DNA of 64,000 bases from the human T2T-CHM13v2.0 reference genome, Homo sapiens. The notes beneath the pieces are model-generated. The model searched no databases. It saw only the letters and a program-made list of their open reading frames with translations, and was not told where the DNA came from. The DNA lies in assembly GCF_009914755.1 (NCBI RefSeq), contig NC_060936.1. One strand, written 5' to 3'. Numbering within the stretch: position 1 is the stretch's first letter; each line of letters opens with the position of its first letter. Made by a program: the position numbers and the translations under genes. Below, in pieces: positions 47,801 through 64,000 of this stretch.

Positions 47801-50800
47801 AGGAGATTAAATCAATAATCAAAAATCTCCCCATAAAGAAAGACCATGAACCTGATGGCATCACTGGCAAACTCTACCAAACATTTAAAGAACATCAATA
47901 CCTGTCAAACTCTTTCAAAAAAAATTGAAGAGGAGAGCACACTTCCTATCTCATTCTTTGAGGCCAGCATTACCCTAATACCAAAGCCAGACAAAGATAC
48001 TACCAGAAAAGAAAAATACAGACCACTGTCTTTTATAAACATTGATGCAAAAATCCTCAACAAAATACTAGCAAGCCAAATTCAGCGGCATATTAAAAGG
48101 ATTATACACCATAACCAAGTGGAATTTATTCCTGGAATGCAAAGATGGTTCAACATATGAAAATTGATCAATGTAATAGACCACATTAATAAAATAAAGG
48201 GGAAAACACATGATCATCTTCATTGGTGCAGAAAAAGTATTTGACAAAATTTAATATCCTTTCATGATAAAGACATTCAACAAACTAGCAATAGTAGGAA
48301 ACTACCTCAACATAATAAAAGCCATATATGTAAAGCCCACAGTGAGCACCACGCTCAATGATGAAAGACAAAAAGCTTTCCCTCAAAGATCAGGAACAAA
48401 GCAAGGATGCCCACTTTCACCACTTTTATTCAACATAGTACTGAAAGTTCTAGCCCTAGCAATTAGACAAGAAAAAGGAAAAAGTCATCTGAATTAGAAA
48501 GTATGAAGTAAAATTAGCTCTGTTCACAGATGATATTATCTTCTATGTAGAACATACTGAGGATTCCAGACACCAAAAAAGTTAGAACTAATAAACGAAT
48601 TCAGCAAAATAACAGCATATAAAGCCAAAGCACAAAAATCAGTTGCATTTCTGTACACTGATAATGAAAAATCTGAAAAAGGAATTTTGAAAATAATTCC
48701 ATTTACAGTAGCATCAAAAAGATTAAAGTACTTAGGAATTAAGTTAACCAAGAAGATAAAAGACTTATACAATGAAAACTACAAAACATTGCTGAAAGAA
48801 ATAAGAAAGACATAAATGGCAACATACCCCATGTATGTGGATTAGAAGAATTCATATTATTAAGGAGTGAGTGCCACTGAAAGTGATCTGAAGATTCAAT
48901 GCAATAACTACCAAAAGTCCTAAGGATACTTTTTGCTGAAGTAGAAAAACCCATCCTAAAATTTATATGGAATCTCAACAGACATCAAATAACCAAAACA
49001 ATCTTGAAAAACAACAAAGCTGGATGACTCACACTTTCTGATTTCAAGACTTACTATAAAGCTACAGTAGTCAAAATAGCATGATAATGGCATACAGACA
49101 GACATACAGACCAATGGAATAGACTCCAGTGCCCAGAAATAAACCCTGTATATAGTCAGCTGATCTTTGACAAGGGTGCCAAGACCATTCAATGGGAGAA
49201 AGAACAGTCTCTTCAACAAATGGTTCTTGGGAAAATGTATATCAACATGAAAAAGAGTGAAATCAGACCCCTATCTACTACCATATACAAAAATTAATTC
49301 AAAATGGATCAAATACCTAAATGCAAGGCCCAAAACAATAAAACTGCCATAAGAATTAAATTCTGCCATATACTACAACATGGCTGAAATTTGAGGACAT
49401 TATGCTAAGTAAAAATAAGCCAGTCACAAAAAGACAAGTACTGTATGATTCCACTTATATGAGGTACTTCATGTAGTGAAAATATGCATTTCAATTTTAC
49501 AAGATGAAGAGAGTTCTGGGGATGATAGTGGTGATGGTTGCACAACATTACGAATGTATTTGATGCCACTTAATGGCTATTTTGTTACGTGTATTTCGCC
49601 ACAATTTAAAAATTAAAAAAATATAATCTGTCCCCAAAATACATGTATATTAGCTGAATACAGTTGTAGGAACTCTCCTAACCTCTCCCCATTGATGATC
49701 AAGTTAATTCTGAGAATTACAGAGCCAACTTCTGCAAGTTGACGTAAGCCAACTTTTCTGCTTCCCCACTAGAACCTCCTTCCACCCTGCCCCATCACCC
49801 AGAGCCTGAACCCTGGAGTCTTGAGTTGCGTGGGGGGAGGGGGGGGGAAGAGGAGTTCAAGAACTAGAGAGAGCAGCAGAGGATTGACCTCATCTGAAAT
49901 TGCTGCTTGCCTCGGCTCCAGGAAGAGGTTGCAGGTGTATTTACCAGAACCCGGCACACTAGGTCATAATCTATTGATAGATCACAATCAGCTGTAAAAT
50001 GTTGTTACCAGTAATCATTAAAGCTTCAAAGTTTGCAAATGACATTCTTAATCAACTATAACAGATTCAAGACTTATAAAGAAATTACTCTTTTTCATTT
50101 TGGTATGCTTTCTTGAATGAGAGTAAAAAGAGTGGAGGTATAACCGATGCCAGGAATTAAAAAACCATGGAAGCATTTCACCAGAGTAAAAGTCATCCAA
50201 CGTGTATGTAGGGCCACACTTCTGCTTTATAATTTGGTGTCAGCTGTTTAGGTCTATCCTGGCCTTCAGCCACCTTTTCCTGCACCAGATCTACTTCTGC
50301 CCATTTTATCCTCTATATAGTAATAGCAAGCAGAGCCAAGCATTCTCTCTCTCTATATCTAGCTCTTATTTTATCTCTCTCTCCCACTATTATCATATGG
50401 CTTACCAAGTAAATGGCTCAGCAGTCTGGCAATCTCTTGCTCTTCAGAAGCACATTTGGAAATATCAACTTGAGAATTCAGACTGTGGGAAGTGGTGAAA
50501 TAGAAGACCCTGTACTGACCATGAACCAAACTGCTGGACTGCAATCCAGCATTTACAGAGCTCTACGCTGCACATTATTCAACATTATTCCAGCTAATAA
50601 TGAAATAGGAGTTATAGTTTTAATTGACTGTAATTTCATGTTTATAATTTTCTAGGGAATCTCACAGGGAGGAGAGGCAGGGCAGGACTTGGCACTCTTG
50701 AACAGCTTTAATAACAACAAAATTTCACATAACCCCATAAGATATGGTGGCCACTTAGCCCAGGTGTTTCAGTGATGTCCCCGTTGACATACCATGTGAC

Positions 50801-50990
50801 ACAATTTTAGAATCAGAAGACAGTTTATACATTTGTGTGCAACTGTCTGTATGGCATGACTCCTGGGACTCAATAAAGCCTTCACTTCTCACAGCTTATG
50901 CATGCAACTCTAGCATCAGTGACTCTGCCCTTTAACTTGAGGCATTACTCTCACAGTGTGGCTCCTGAAACAACTATCAAAATCACATGA

Positions 50991-51437
<447 letters not shown>

Positions 51438-52509
51438 TCAGACTTTGATTCCTTCTAAAATGCAAAGTCACTGGGAGAGGAAATGTATAGTTTTTTATCA
51501 TTCCATTCCCTTATAGTGGGTAACAAAGGTCTGAGGGTATAATAAAAGACTGGAAAACACGGTTTGATGGAAAATGGGTCCAAAGGCTGTCAGCTTTATG
51601 GTAAATTAATGGAGAGGGAGGGAAAATACGACAAAAGGTGGGAGAGTAATGGGTTAGGTAAAACAGCTAGAGGCATCCTAGGGCAAACCTCCTGTTTCAC
51701 CTACCTGTAAATTTTGATTTGGCTGGAAAAGCAACGAAGTCAGCTAAAGCAGGAGTTCTGACTTCTGTTCCAAGGACCAGGAGAAGTAACAGATGGCTTG
51801 ATCTTCTGCACATAGCTGCATTTTGGACATCTTATTAGGAAATTTGAAAGGCTTCTTCTGCAAAATGCTTTGTGGGTATCCTGGTCTTCAAAATAGGGCT
51901 GTTGTCAGTGGGACTGTCCCTTAGTCATATTTATGGCATCTTAAGTTAGAGGAATGCCAACACTCAACAGCAGGAATTATACCAGTGGGCTAGGGCTTGC
52001 CAGTATGAAGACATAGCAGAGAAGAAAGGATTCTTAGGTGTTGATACAAACTATGTGTTTTCTCCCTCACTGGCCTTTGCATTTTAACAGGAATCAGTCT
52101 GGTACCAGTGGCTCCTATCACTAGGTGGGGCAGTTGGCAGGGAGGTCCTGAGGAATTACCCATACTTCAGTCATTCTCCAAAGATAGCAATGATACAGCA
52201 GTCACTCCTAGAAATCCTACCTAATGATCTTGAAATTCCAGGCTTCTTTTCAAGAAAGGAGAGGATTTGAGATAATGTTAGAACTAGGGTGACCATATAA
52301 AACATGGTCTCAGCCTATAACGTTTGAGAATAAAAAGCACGAGCCCTAAGTTGTTGCAGGCCAACTAAGACATTTGATCATCCTGGTTAGAACTCAGGAG
52401 AGAAAGTGCAGCCTGCAGAAGATGCAGGATAAGTTGTTACCTGGCATTTGGTAAACGGGAGCCTCCCTTTTCTTCACTCTTGTCCCCTAAAGTCAAGTAT
52501 CCGCGTAAT

Positions 52510-52755
52510 AATCAGACTGATCTTTTTAAACAAATTAGACCACACCACACCCCTGCTCTAAACTGTTCAAGGCTTTCCCATCACACTTGGATTAAAATCC
52601 AGTCTTTGCTGTAATCCATAAAACCCTACATGACCTGACTCCATCTACCTCTCTGCTCTCAGACCTCATTTCCTACATTGTCCCTGTGCTATTCACTCAC
52701 CTCCAGCTGCAGTAGCCTTCTTTCCAACCATTAAACAACCAACTTTATTCACTCT
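52510..52755. mobile_element. L2 fragment (continues at ~62733-62810 after the ERV-L)
   Basis: cccctgctctaaactgttcaaggctttcccatcacacttggattaaaatcc...ctacatgacctgactcc; resumes with ...tgcctggaacaatcttc. Confidence 0.65.
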
Positions 52756-53402
52756 TGTGCCAGGTATCAGTTTATTGCCTCGCAGCTCTAAATCCATCCT
52801 TCTTTACCCTGCTTTGAGATACTAGAGGTGGGTCCTGTAAACATTTCTCCTGCACCAGATGACTCAATGTCAATAGAGGCTTTATCAATAGAGAGCCCTG
52901 AAGGGACGCTGCAAGGCAATTGCAAGCTAAAGGGACTTTTCCCCAAATTTGTGTGCTATTTTTAAGCATGGCAGCCCATGCAGTGGTATGTGAGAGATGT
53001 GGTCATGCTCATCTCAGTAGCCCTTGCAGACCAGCTCCAGCCTGCCAATGCCCTCTAACTAGTTTCTCCTCCACCCAGAGGCCACTCCTAGAAGCCAACG
53101 CTCTGGCCAATGCTCTCTGGAAAATTTCTTTACCACTGGCAGACTGTGCGTGCCAATGGCAGCCATTCTTTCCCAAAAAGGTACAAATCAGTGTTGAAGT
53201 GGATGGTAGGGAGAGCTTTTCTAAGTTCTCAGTTTCTTCTTAATTTGCCCCCCTCGGCCCTAGAGATAGATAGCTGCTTTTTGCATTTGCGACTTCTCTT
53301 TTGATAATTAATCACCTATCACAAGTTGCAATTATTAATACTAAATTTTTCTCATTTAAATTACTAGTGTGTTTTCTGTTTTCTGATTGAACCCTGCTAT
53401 AG
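52756..53402 (+). repeat. ERV-L 5' LTR
   Basis: TG start; ends ...gattgaaccctgctatag; homologous to 62155-62732. Confidence 0.75.
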
Positions 53403-54299
53403 CATTGGTATTGGGAGTGGTCTGAGAAGATAGATTTTCAAAGATGGGATTTGAGAATTGGATTAGTCATGGATTTGGGTTTGACGGAAGTGCTGAGTTC
53501 ATTGCCAATGGGAAATCAGATGCTAGTTATCCATGACATACAGTGACATTTCAATAAGTAAGTTAGATTATTACCTGTGGTTGATTATGATGATGTGCTA
53601 ACTAAAGCAAATGCCTTGGGAGCCCTAGTGGCTACTAAATTTGATTATAACAGCAGTAGTGATGACAACAGTTATTGCAGTGTGGAACTGATTTTCCTGA
53701 ATGCATTACTGCACTTACAGAAAAGGACAAGCTCAAGATCACAGTCTGAGAGTCCAAACATTTCCATGGCAGTTTTAATACATTTTCACGTCTCATAACC
53801 ACAGGGCCACTATTGCTGAAAATCGAACACCACATTTAACTGTGAAAGTGGCTAGATTACAATAGCACTGGTATTCACAGCCTTAACAAGTTTTTCATGT
53901 AAACATTAGGGAACTGATGGAGAAATAATAAGACCCTGAAAGTTGGAATTGGGAAATCTGGTAGGATTCTAATGAAATTGAGAATCTTACATTTTCAAGA
54001 CACTCTGATCACCTTTGACAGTGGAAGTAGATCACTTCTACCATGACTAGCCTTCCTTTGCTGGAAAACCCTATGATAACATCATCTGGGGAAGAAGCTT
54101 TGAAAGAGTTGTTATTTCTCCTCAAGACTCACTGTAATTAACCCTTGTTGCCCATAGACCCACAACACAAGTCAAATCTCAGCATGTTTCAGACACACGG
54201 TATGACCCAGGAGAAAATAGCTCATACATTAAGATAGTTAAATATACACTTTTCATGTGTGTATGTGTATGTGCATGTGTGTGTGTGAGAGAGAGAGAG

Positions 54300-54959
<660 letters not shown>

Positions 54960-55822
54960 ATATGTGTGTATAAATATATGTATACACACACACAAAAACA
55001 CACGCATATATAATATACATTATACATTATATACATTATTCTTCTAATCTGCGCATGGAACATACCCTAAGATCAACTACATGCTCCGCCATAAAACAAG
55101 TCTCAATTTTAAAAAATTTCAGTCATACCAATCATCTTCCCAGACCACAGTGAAATAAAATAGAAATGAATATCAAGAGAAACTCTCAAAACCACACAAA
55201 TACATGGAAATTAAACAACTTGCTCTTGGATGATTTTTGAATAAATAACAAAATTAAGGCAGAAATCAAAGAATTATTTGAAACCAATGAAAATAGAGAT
55301 ACAACATACCAAAACTTCTGAGATGTGTCAAAAGCAGAGTTAAGAGGAAAGTTTAGGGCACTAAATACCTACATCAAGAAGATAGAAAGATCTCAAATTA
55401 ACAACCGAACCTTGTACCTAAAGGAACTAGAAAGACTAAAATGAACTAACTCCAAAGCTAGCAAAGGAAAAGAAATAACTAAAATTAGAACATAAGTAAA
55501 ATTGAGTCCCAAAAAACCATACGAAGGATCAATAAAATGAAAAGCTTGTTTTTTGAAAGGATAAACAAGAAAGACCCATAGCTAGATTAACAGAGAAGAA
55601 AAGAGAGAAGATCCAAATAACCCAATCAGAAATGACAAAAGTGACATTAAAATTAATCCCACAGAAATACAAAAGATCCTCGGAGACTACTATGAACATT
55701 CCTATGTATGCCAACTAGAAAATCTAGAGGAAATAGATAAATTCCTGGAAATACATGACCTCCTAAGATTGAACCAGAAAGAAACAGAAATCCTAAGAGA
55801 CAAATAAGAAGTAATAAAATTG

Positions 55823-56169
<347 letters not shown>

Positions 56170-56546
56170 TCACTGGTCCAGATGGAGTCACAGCCAAATT
56201 CTACCAGACATGCAAAAATGAGCTGGTACCTATCTTACTGAAACTGGTTCAAAAAATCAAGGAGGAATTCCTCCCTAACTCATTCTATGAAATCAACATC
56301 ATTCTGATACCAAAATCTGGCAAAGACACAACAAAAAGAAAACTACCGTCCAATATCCCTGATGAATACAGACACAAAAATCATCAACAAAATACTTAGC
56401 AAATTGAATCCAGCAGCACCTCAAAAAGTTAATTCATCATGATCAAGTGGGCTTTATTCCTGGGATCCAAGGATGATTCAAAATATACAAATAAATAAAT
56501 GTAGTTCACTACATAATCAGAATTAAAAACAAAAACCATACAATCA

Positions 56547-56837
<291 letters not shown>

Positions 56838-59233
56838 CTATGGCAAACCCACAGCCAACATCCTACTGAATGGGCAAAAGCTGGAAACATTCCCCTTTAA
56901 GAACTGGAACAAGACAAGGATGCCCATTCTCACCACTTCTATTCAACATAGTACTAGAAGTCCTAGCCAGAGCAATCAGGCAAGAGATAGAAATAAAAAG
57001 CATCTGAATAGGAAATGAGAAAGTCAAATTATCTCTCTTCACTGACAATATGATTCTATACCTAGAAAACCGTAAAGATTCTAGTGGGAGACTTCTACAT
57101 CAAATAAACGACTTCGGCAAAGCCTCAGGATATCAAATCAATATATAAAAATCAGTAGCATTTCTATTCACCAATAACACTTAAAATGAAAGCCAAATCA
57201 AGAACATAATCCCATTTACACGTATCAAAAAAGTAAAATACCTAGGAATCTAGGATTTCTAAGATTACATCTAAGATTTCTACAAGAACTACAGAGAGGT
57301 GCAAATCAAAATCACAATGAGATACCGCCTCACACCAGTTAGAATGGCTATTATTAAAAAATCAAAAAAATAACATGTTGGCAAGGCTGTGGAGAGAAGG
57401 CAATGCATTGTTGGTGGGAATATAAATTAGTGCAGCCCCTGTGGAAAACAGTTTGGAGATTGCTCAAAGAATTAAAAATAGAATTATAATTCTATCCGGC
57501 ATCCCATTACTGGGCATACACCCAAAGGGAAATAAATCATTCTACAAAAAAGACACATTCACTTTTATGTTTATTGTACTATTCACAATAGGAAAGACAT
57601 GGAATCAACCCAGGTGCCCAGCAACAATGGATCGGATAAAGAAAATGTGGTACATATACACCATGGAATACTATGCAGTCATTTAAAAAATGAAATTATG
57701 TTCTTTGCAGAAACATGGATACAGCTGGAGGCCATCATCCTTAGTGAATTAATTCAAGAACAGAAAACAAAATACCACATGTTCTCACTTATAAGTAGGA
57801 GCTAAACGTTGGGTACGCATGGACACAAAGATGGAAACAAGAAACACTGGGGGTTCTGAAAGAGAAGCAAGGGTTGAAAAACTACCATCAGCCACTATGT
57901 TCACTACTTGAGCAATGGCATCATAAGGAGCCCAAACCTCAACATCACAATATATACTCATGTAAAAAATCTGCATATGTACCCCCTAAATCTAAAACAA
58001 ATAATAATAATAATAAAATTTTTTTTAAGATTTGGATTGAGTCACTGCAATGAAAAGTCATGGTCTCTCACCCAGTTTCCAGTCCTAAGCCAATTTACAG
58101 GCCAAGAGTCCCATGGTTGAAGGGGCAGGACTCTGAAGCTTTGCTATTGTATATGCAGTTAATATTCCTCCAAGACTTCCCTCAAGAGATTTGCAGTCCC
58201 TTACTGGAGTGACCAAGCACTGGAGAAAGGGAACTACTCAGACTCCTTAGGGATCACTAGACATTGGCTCTGAGATGCTGCTAATTCCTAAGGACTCATG
58301 ACATCATTGTGTCCCACCAGTCAAAGTAGGAGCTTATGGTCCCCCTGTAATAGATGGAGTCTCAGCCCAAGTTCCACTCACAGTGACCTTGGTTGCTCCA
58401 CAAACCCACCCTGTGGCTCTTCTCTCAGTTCCTGAATGTATAATTAGAATAAATGTGCTTAGAAACTGGAAGAATCCCCACATTAGCTCTCTGACCCATA
58501 AGGTAAGGGTGATTGTGATACAAGGAGCTAAGTGGAAGCTCCTAGAACTTCCCCTCTTTACCAAGATGGAAGGAACATCACATCCCTAGAGGAAATGCAG
58601 AGATCAGTGCCACCGTCAAAGACCTGAGAGATACAAGAGTGGTGATGTCTAACACGTCTGTATTTAGCATGCCTGTTGGGGCCATGCAAAAACTGAACGA
58701 ATCTTGAAGAACAACTGTGGATTATTGTAAACTTCATCAGAAGGAAATTTTGATTGCAGCTGCTATCCTAGTTGTGGCATATTTACTACAGCACATGGAC
58801 ACAGCCTCTGGCACTTGGTATGCAGGAACGGACCTAGCTAGTGCTTTTTTCCTCCACATTAATTTGCAAAAGATAACTAGAAGTAGATTGCTTTTACTAG
58901 GCAGAGCCAAGAATACATTTTGACAGACTTGTCTCAGGACTACATCAGCTCTCCTCCTCTACCATAATACAGCCCAGAGAAATCCCAGTCATTTGACAAT
59001 CCACTAAACATCACACAAAATACCATTATGCTGATTGAGTCTGACAAGCAGGAAGGAGTAAATCATTTGGATGTCTTAGCAAGACATAAATGACTCAGAA
59101 GGTGGAGGATCTATATCACACAAATTGGAAGCCCAGCAGCTCCGTGAAGTTTCTGGGAATCCAAAGGTGTGGAGCGTGTTGAGATATCCCCATCCAAGGT
59201 GAAAGGCAAGTTGCTGCACCTAGCACCACTTAC

Positions 59234-60584
59234 CACACACACACACACAAATACAGAGACACACACACACAGACACACACACAGACACACACACACACAG
59301 ACACACAGACACACACACAGACACAAACACAGACACAGACACACAGACACACACAGAGACACACACACACAGACACACACAGACACACAGACACACAGAC
59401 ACCCACATAGACACACACACAGACACACAGACACAGACACACACAGACACAGAAACACACACAGACACACACACAGAGACACACACACAGACACACACAG
59501 ACACACAGACACACAGACACACACAGACACACACACACAGAGACACACACAGACACAGACACAGACACAGACACACAGGCACAGACACAGACACACAGAC
59601 ACACACAGACACACAGACACACACAGACACACACACATACACACACACAGACACAGACACAGATACAGACACACACAGACACACATAGAAACACACACAC
59701 AGACACAGACACCCACATAGACACACACACAGACACACACACAGACACAGACAGACACACACAGACACAGACACACACACAGACACACAGAAACACAGAC
59801 ACAGACACACAGACACACACCCACATAGACACACACACACATAGACACCCACATAGACACACACACACACAGACACACACACAGACACACACACAGACAC
59901 ACAGACACCAACATAGACACACACAGAAACACACACACACACACAGACACCCACATAGACACACACACACACACAGGCACACACACACACACAGACACAC
60001 ACACAGACACACAGACACCAACATAGAGACACACACACACACAGACACGCAGACACACAGACACGCAGACACACACACGCAGACACACACACAGACACAC
60101 AGAGACACACATAGACACACAGACACACACACAGACACACAGACACAGACACAGACACACACAGACACACACAGACACACACACACAGACACACACACAG
60201 ACACACACACAGACACACAGACACCCACACAGACACACATACACAGACACAGAGACACACACAGACACACAGACACACACAGACACACAGAAACACACAG
60301 ACACACAGAAACACACACACAGACAGACGCACACAGACACACACACGGAGACACACACAGACACACACAGACACACAGACACACACACAGACACCCACAT
60401 AGACACACACACACAGACACACACACACAGACACACACAGAAACACATAGACACACACAGACACAGACACCCACATAGACACACACAGACACACACACAG
60501 ACACACACAGACACAGACACACACACAGACACACACAGAGACACACAGAGACACACAGACACACACACAGACACACACACACAG

Positions 60585-60614
<30 letters not shown>
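59234..60614. repeat. ~1.4-kb compound (CA)n/(CAGACA)n repeat
   Basis: acacacagac/acagacac units with a recurring acccacatagac variant. Confidence 0.97.
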
Positions 60615-60616
<2 letters not shown>

Positions 60617-62154
60617 GTGCAAGGCTTGGTAGTCTGTATTTTGGAAGCAACACCTTGTCCTGGTTTTGACCCAAGTCACCAAAAAGTCTGAAAATTTTCA
60701 GTAACGATCAGTGCAAGGGAAAGTTCTGTACCAAGTCCAGGCTACAATGCAAATTGCTATTTCACTTACTTTATTATCAAGCTGATCCAATATTTTCTGT
60801 GTCTGTGGAAAACAGTAAGGTTTTTGGAGTCTCCAGCAAGCACTAATAGGAGAATCACAGTGCAGACCTCTCAAATTTTTAAATACATATATGCCCTCTT
60901 CTGCAGATGAATATTCTCCTTTTTGAGAAATACCTTCTGACTTGCTACTGGCTCTTGATAGAGATCTCTTCATAGCATGTTAGGACCACAGAGGCTGAGC
61001 TTTTTATCAGAAATTTTGTGTTATCTTATGTTAGTCAAAAGGTTGGGTGTGCACTGCAGCAATCCATCATCAAGTAGAAATGCTATACAAAATCTGGGCT
61101 CAAGGAAAGTCAAGAAACAAGTTATACGGACCAGTGACTCAGATTCCTTTGATACTAACACCTCCTACATTAACTTCTCTCTCCCAGTTCAGGCGTGGGA
61201 CATCACGAGGAGTTCTGTAAGATCAACCGCCTGAGGAAGAAAGAGCTTGAGACTGGTTTATAGATGTTCTCCATGATAGATTGACCACACAAAAGTAGAC
61301 AACTGCAGCATAAGACTCCACTAAGGAATGCTACTTTATGGGAGTGAGAGGGAATGGTGAAGGAAAATTCTTCAAGTGGGCAGAATTTTGCCCAGTATCG
61401 TTGGTTGCCAAGTTTGCTGGACTGAGAAATGGCCAGAAATAAAAAATCTACATGACTCATGAGCAGTTGTTAACAGTTCGAATGGTCTTGAACTTGGAAG
61501 GAACAGAACTGAAATACTGGTGAGAAAGAAGTCTGAGGAAAATATATGTGGGAGGACTTCTTCTCTGAATTGGCAGCCTGAAGATATTTTTGTCCCATGT
61601 GAATGCTCACCAAAGGGCACTCACTGCAAAGGAAGCTCTCAATAATCCAGTGGACAAAATTACACACTCTGTGAATATCAGTCAGCTTCTTTCCTCAACC
61701 ACCCCATTGACCGCTCAGTGGACCCACGAACAAAATGGCCATGGCAGGGATAGAGGTTCTTCCTGGGCTCAACAATACGGACATCCCCACTGAACTGGGA
61801 ACTTCACCTGATGGGTCATAATCTACTAACAGAATATATCAACACCGAGCCCCATAAGGATCCATCCGTCAGGGATACCAGCCAGCCTCCTCATGGCAAG
61901 CTGATTACCTTGGCTCTCCTTCCACTACTGAGAGAGCAGAGATTTGTCCTCACAACAGCAGACACATATTCTGGATATGAATTTGCCTTTCCTGCCTGTG
62001 ACTAAACCTGGAAGTACCGAATGTAGCCAGCAATGGATATAATGTCTTTGGAAAGAGTATGAGAACTTCACTTGTACAAAGGACAGTTTCAGCTTATTAG
62101 GGCATGTGTGTATAGAAGGATATATAGAGAAGTTGGGTGGCCAAACAGATAGAC

Positions 62155-62732
62155 TGTGCCAGTTATCAATGTATTGCCTCCCAACTCCAAATCCATCCCT
62201 TCTTTTTCTGCTTTGTTATACTGGAGCTGGACCCTATGAACATTTCTCCTTTACCAGATGGCTTGATGTTACAACTTGTCAATAGTTAATACTAGGACAC
62301 TGAGAGGCAATAGCAGAGAGAAAGGAATTCCTTCTGGTGTCCTAGTTTTTGGCGCAGCAGCTGGTTCTTTGGTTTTCAGGAGGCTTGGTAGCACCCACTC
62401 ATGGACTGGCTCCTGCCTGCACCCTCTGGCAAGTTGCTCTGCTCCTACAGATTAGCTCTGACCCAGGAATTCTGCCAAGTTTTTTTAATCATCCAAGGCT
62501 ACAGGTTTCTGTGGCAGCCACACATTCTTAGTGTGGCTAAGACTCTTTGTTCTCTCCCTCAGCCCTAGAGGTAAAAGCTGCTTTCTGAAATTGCTACTTC
62601 TGGACAATTCTAAGTCTTCTTTTTACCATGTTAAGTAGTCAGCCACTTTTAACTAGTTAATGAGTCTTTGTATTAAAGTCTCAACATTCAAATTACTGTG
62701 GTTTCTGTGCCTATTGATCCCTGACCAATAGA
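62155..62732 (+). repeat. ERV-L 3' LTR
   Basis: Ends ...aaattactgtggtttctgtgcctattgatccctgaccaataga; homologous to the 5' LTR. Confidence 0.75.
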
Positions 62733-63836
62733 CCATCTCAGTAAGGGTCAGGACCCTTGCCATTGTCACTGCCTGGAACAATCTTCATCTAGACCATCAA
62801 CTGTTCAAACCCAGCTGCTGACTGACAGCTGTTTCTGTCCAAACTTTCCTTCCTTTATGGTTAAACTGAAGCCTCTGAGGCAGCCTCCATTTATCCTTTG
62901 AAACAAGATGGCACAGACCCAACCACTGGGGGCCATTGTCTGCAACCAGGATAAGCCCAGGAGAGTGGACATAAAAGTGTTACTTGTGACATAAACCAGA
63001 TGTTGAGTTTTGAGGTTTGACTCTCAATGAACATGCTTGAGAACAGTATTTCCACTACTTACAAGCCCTAGAAACATCAAGATTAACTGAGCGGTTGTGG
63101 TTATACTCTGTGTGCCCAAAAAGTGTTTGTCAAGTCCCTACTATGTATCAAAAACTGTTTATAGGCACTAGGTATACAGCAACACTTGGTTCTGATTCAC
63201 CCCTAAAATGTCCCACATCTCTGAGAGGCAATCCCTCTTTTAAATGACTACATAACTCCATGCGTGCATTGGGTAGACCCTCACCCGCATGGTGCCTGCT
63301 GGCCTTCCCACAATCTCAACTGCATTTCAAAAGGGAGACTCCAAGGGCCATGCACACAGTGGTGTAGGTAACTCAGTGCACAAAGATCCCCAGCTTAGGA
63401 TGAGTGTGGAAGGTGGCATCAAGCAGCTCTAACTGCTGAGTCTTGTGCCTGCTGGGGTTGTGTAAGTCCACACACACACAGTTGTAATTGTGTGCACAAC
63501 TGTACTGGGACCTCAAGTTTCACCTTGCTGAGCCTAAATGTACAACGGAATGCATCTATTCAGGACCACGAGTATTTTTGCAGGACTGGCCTGTGCAAGA
63601 GCTTTCTTATCCAGAGAGAAAGCACAGGAGCTGCTGCAGCAGCAGAGTGGTCTCAGTCTTGGACACTCTACTAAGACTTGCTCAGGCCTCTTGCAGTAAG
63701 CTGGGTTTGCTGCTGCAAGAAGTGAAGGAGGATTGTTTTCTGGGAGGAAAGAAAAGGATGTCTCCACACATGCCTAATGCTGAGATCGCTCAGCTTCCCT
63801 TGGCTCCTGTACCATTGCAGGGGCCCCAGAGTCACT

Positions 63837-64000
63837 GTGTTAGTTTTCTAATGCTGTGTAACAAATGTCCACAAACTTAGCAACTTAAACCAACATACAT
63901 ATATCATCTCACAGTTGATATGGGAGACCAATCATGGGTCCTTAGCCTGTGGCCTCACAAAGCTGTAATGAAGATATATTCCGGGTTATATTCTCATCTT
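63837..64000 (-). mobile_element. MLT-type LTR, cut by the window edge
   Basis: tgtgttagttttctaatgctgtgtaacaaatgtccacaaacttagcaacttaaac. Confidence 0.7.

Noticed and set aside
59111-60682. 460-523-aa Cys/Val/Ser-rich ORFs
   Set aside because: Same stop-free microsatellite artefact.

Overview
Human (primate) genomic DNA covering the 3' end of CACNA1C (L-type Ca2+ channel Cav1.2 alpha1C) on the + strand. It holds 13 constitutive coding exons (2805-30636, IVS5-S6 pore loop to the VSSL C-terminus, all GT-AG and phase-consistent), two cassette exons (213 and 105 nt), one 57-nt alternative acceptor and a ~6.75-kb 3'UTR ending near 37400. Downstream is a nested TE field: a full-length inactive L1PA4/early-L1PA3 inside an older L1M, and a two-LTR ERV-L provirus inside an L2. 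Main observation: the odd 81-aa 'alpha1C,86' Cav1.2 variant (recalled from the literature) has non-canonical junctions on the + strand but canonical GT-AG junctions on the - strand. It is therefore best explained as a spliced natural antisense transcript (15582 -> 10229-10112 -> 6998), probably ending at an MST LTR poly(A) signal. Its middle exon is an ancient L1/HAL1 ORF1 remnant. Also notable: a ~375-bp inverted duplicate of the 213-nt cassette exon 4.3 kb downstream, two 1.4-1.5-kb degenerate CA repeats, and an L1 ORF0/antisense promoter aimed back at the gene's 3' end. Repeat family names come from motif recognition by eye, not a database search.
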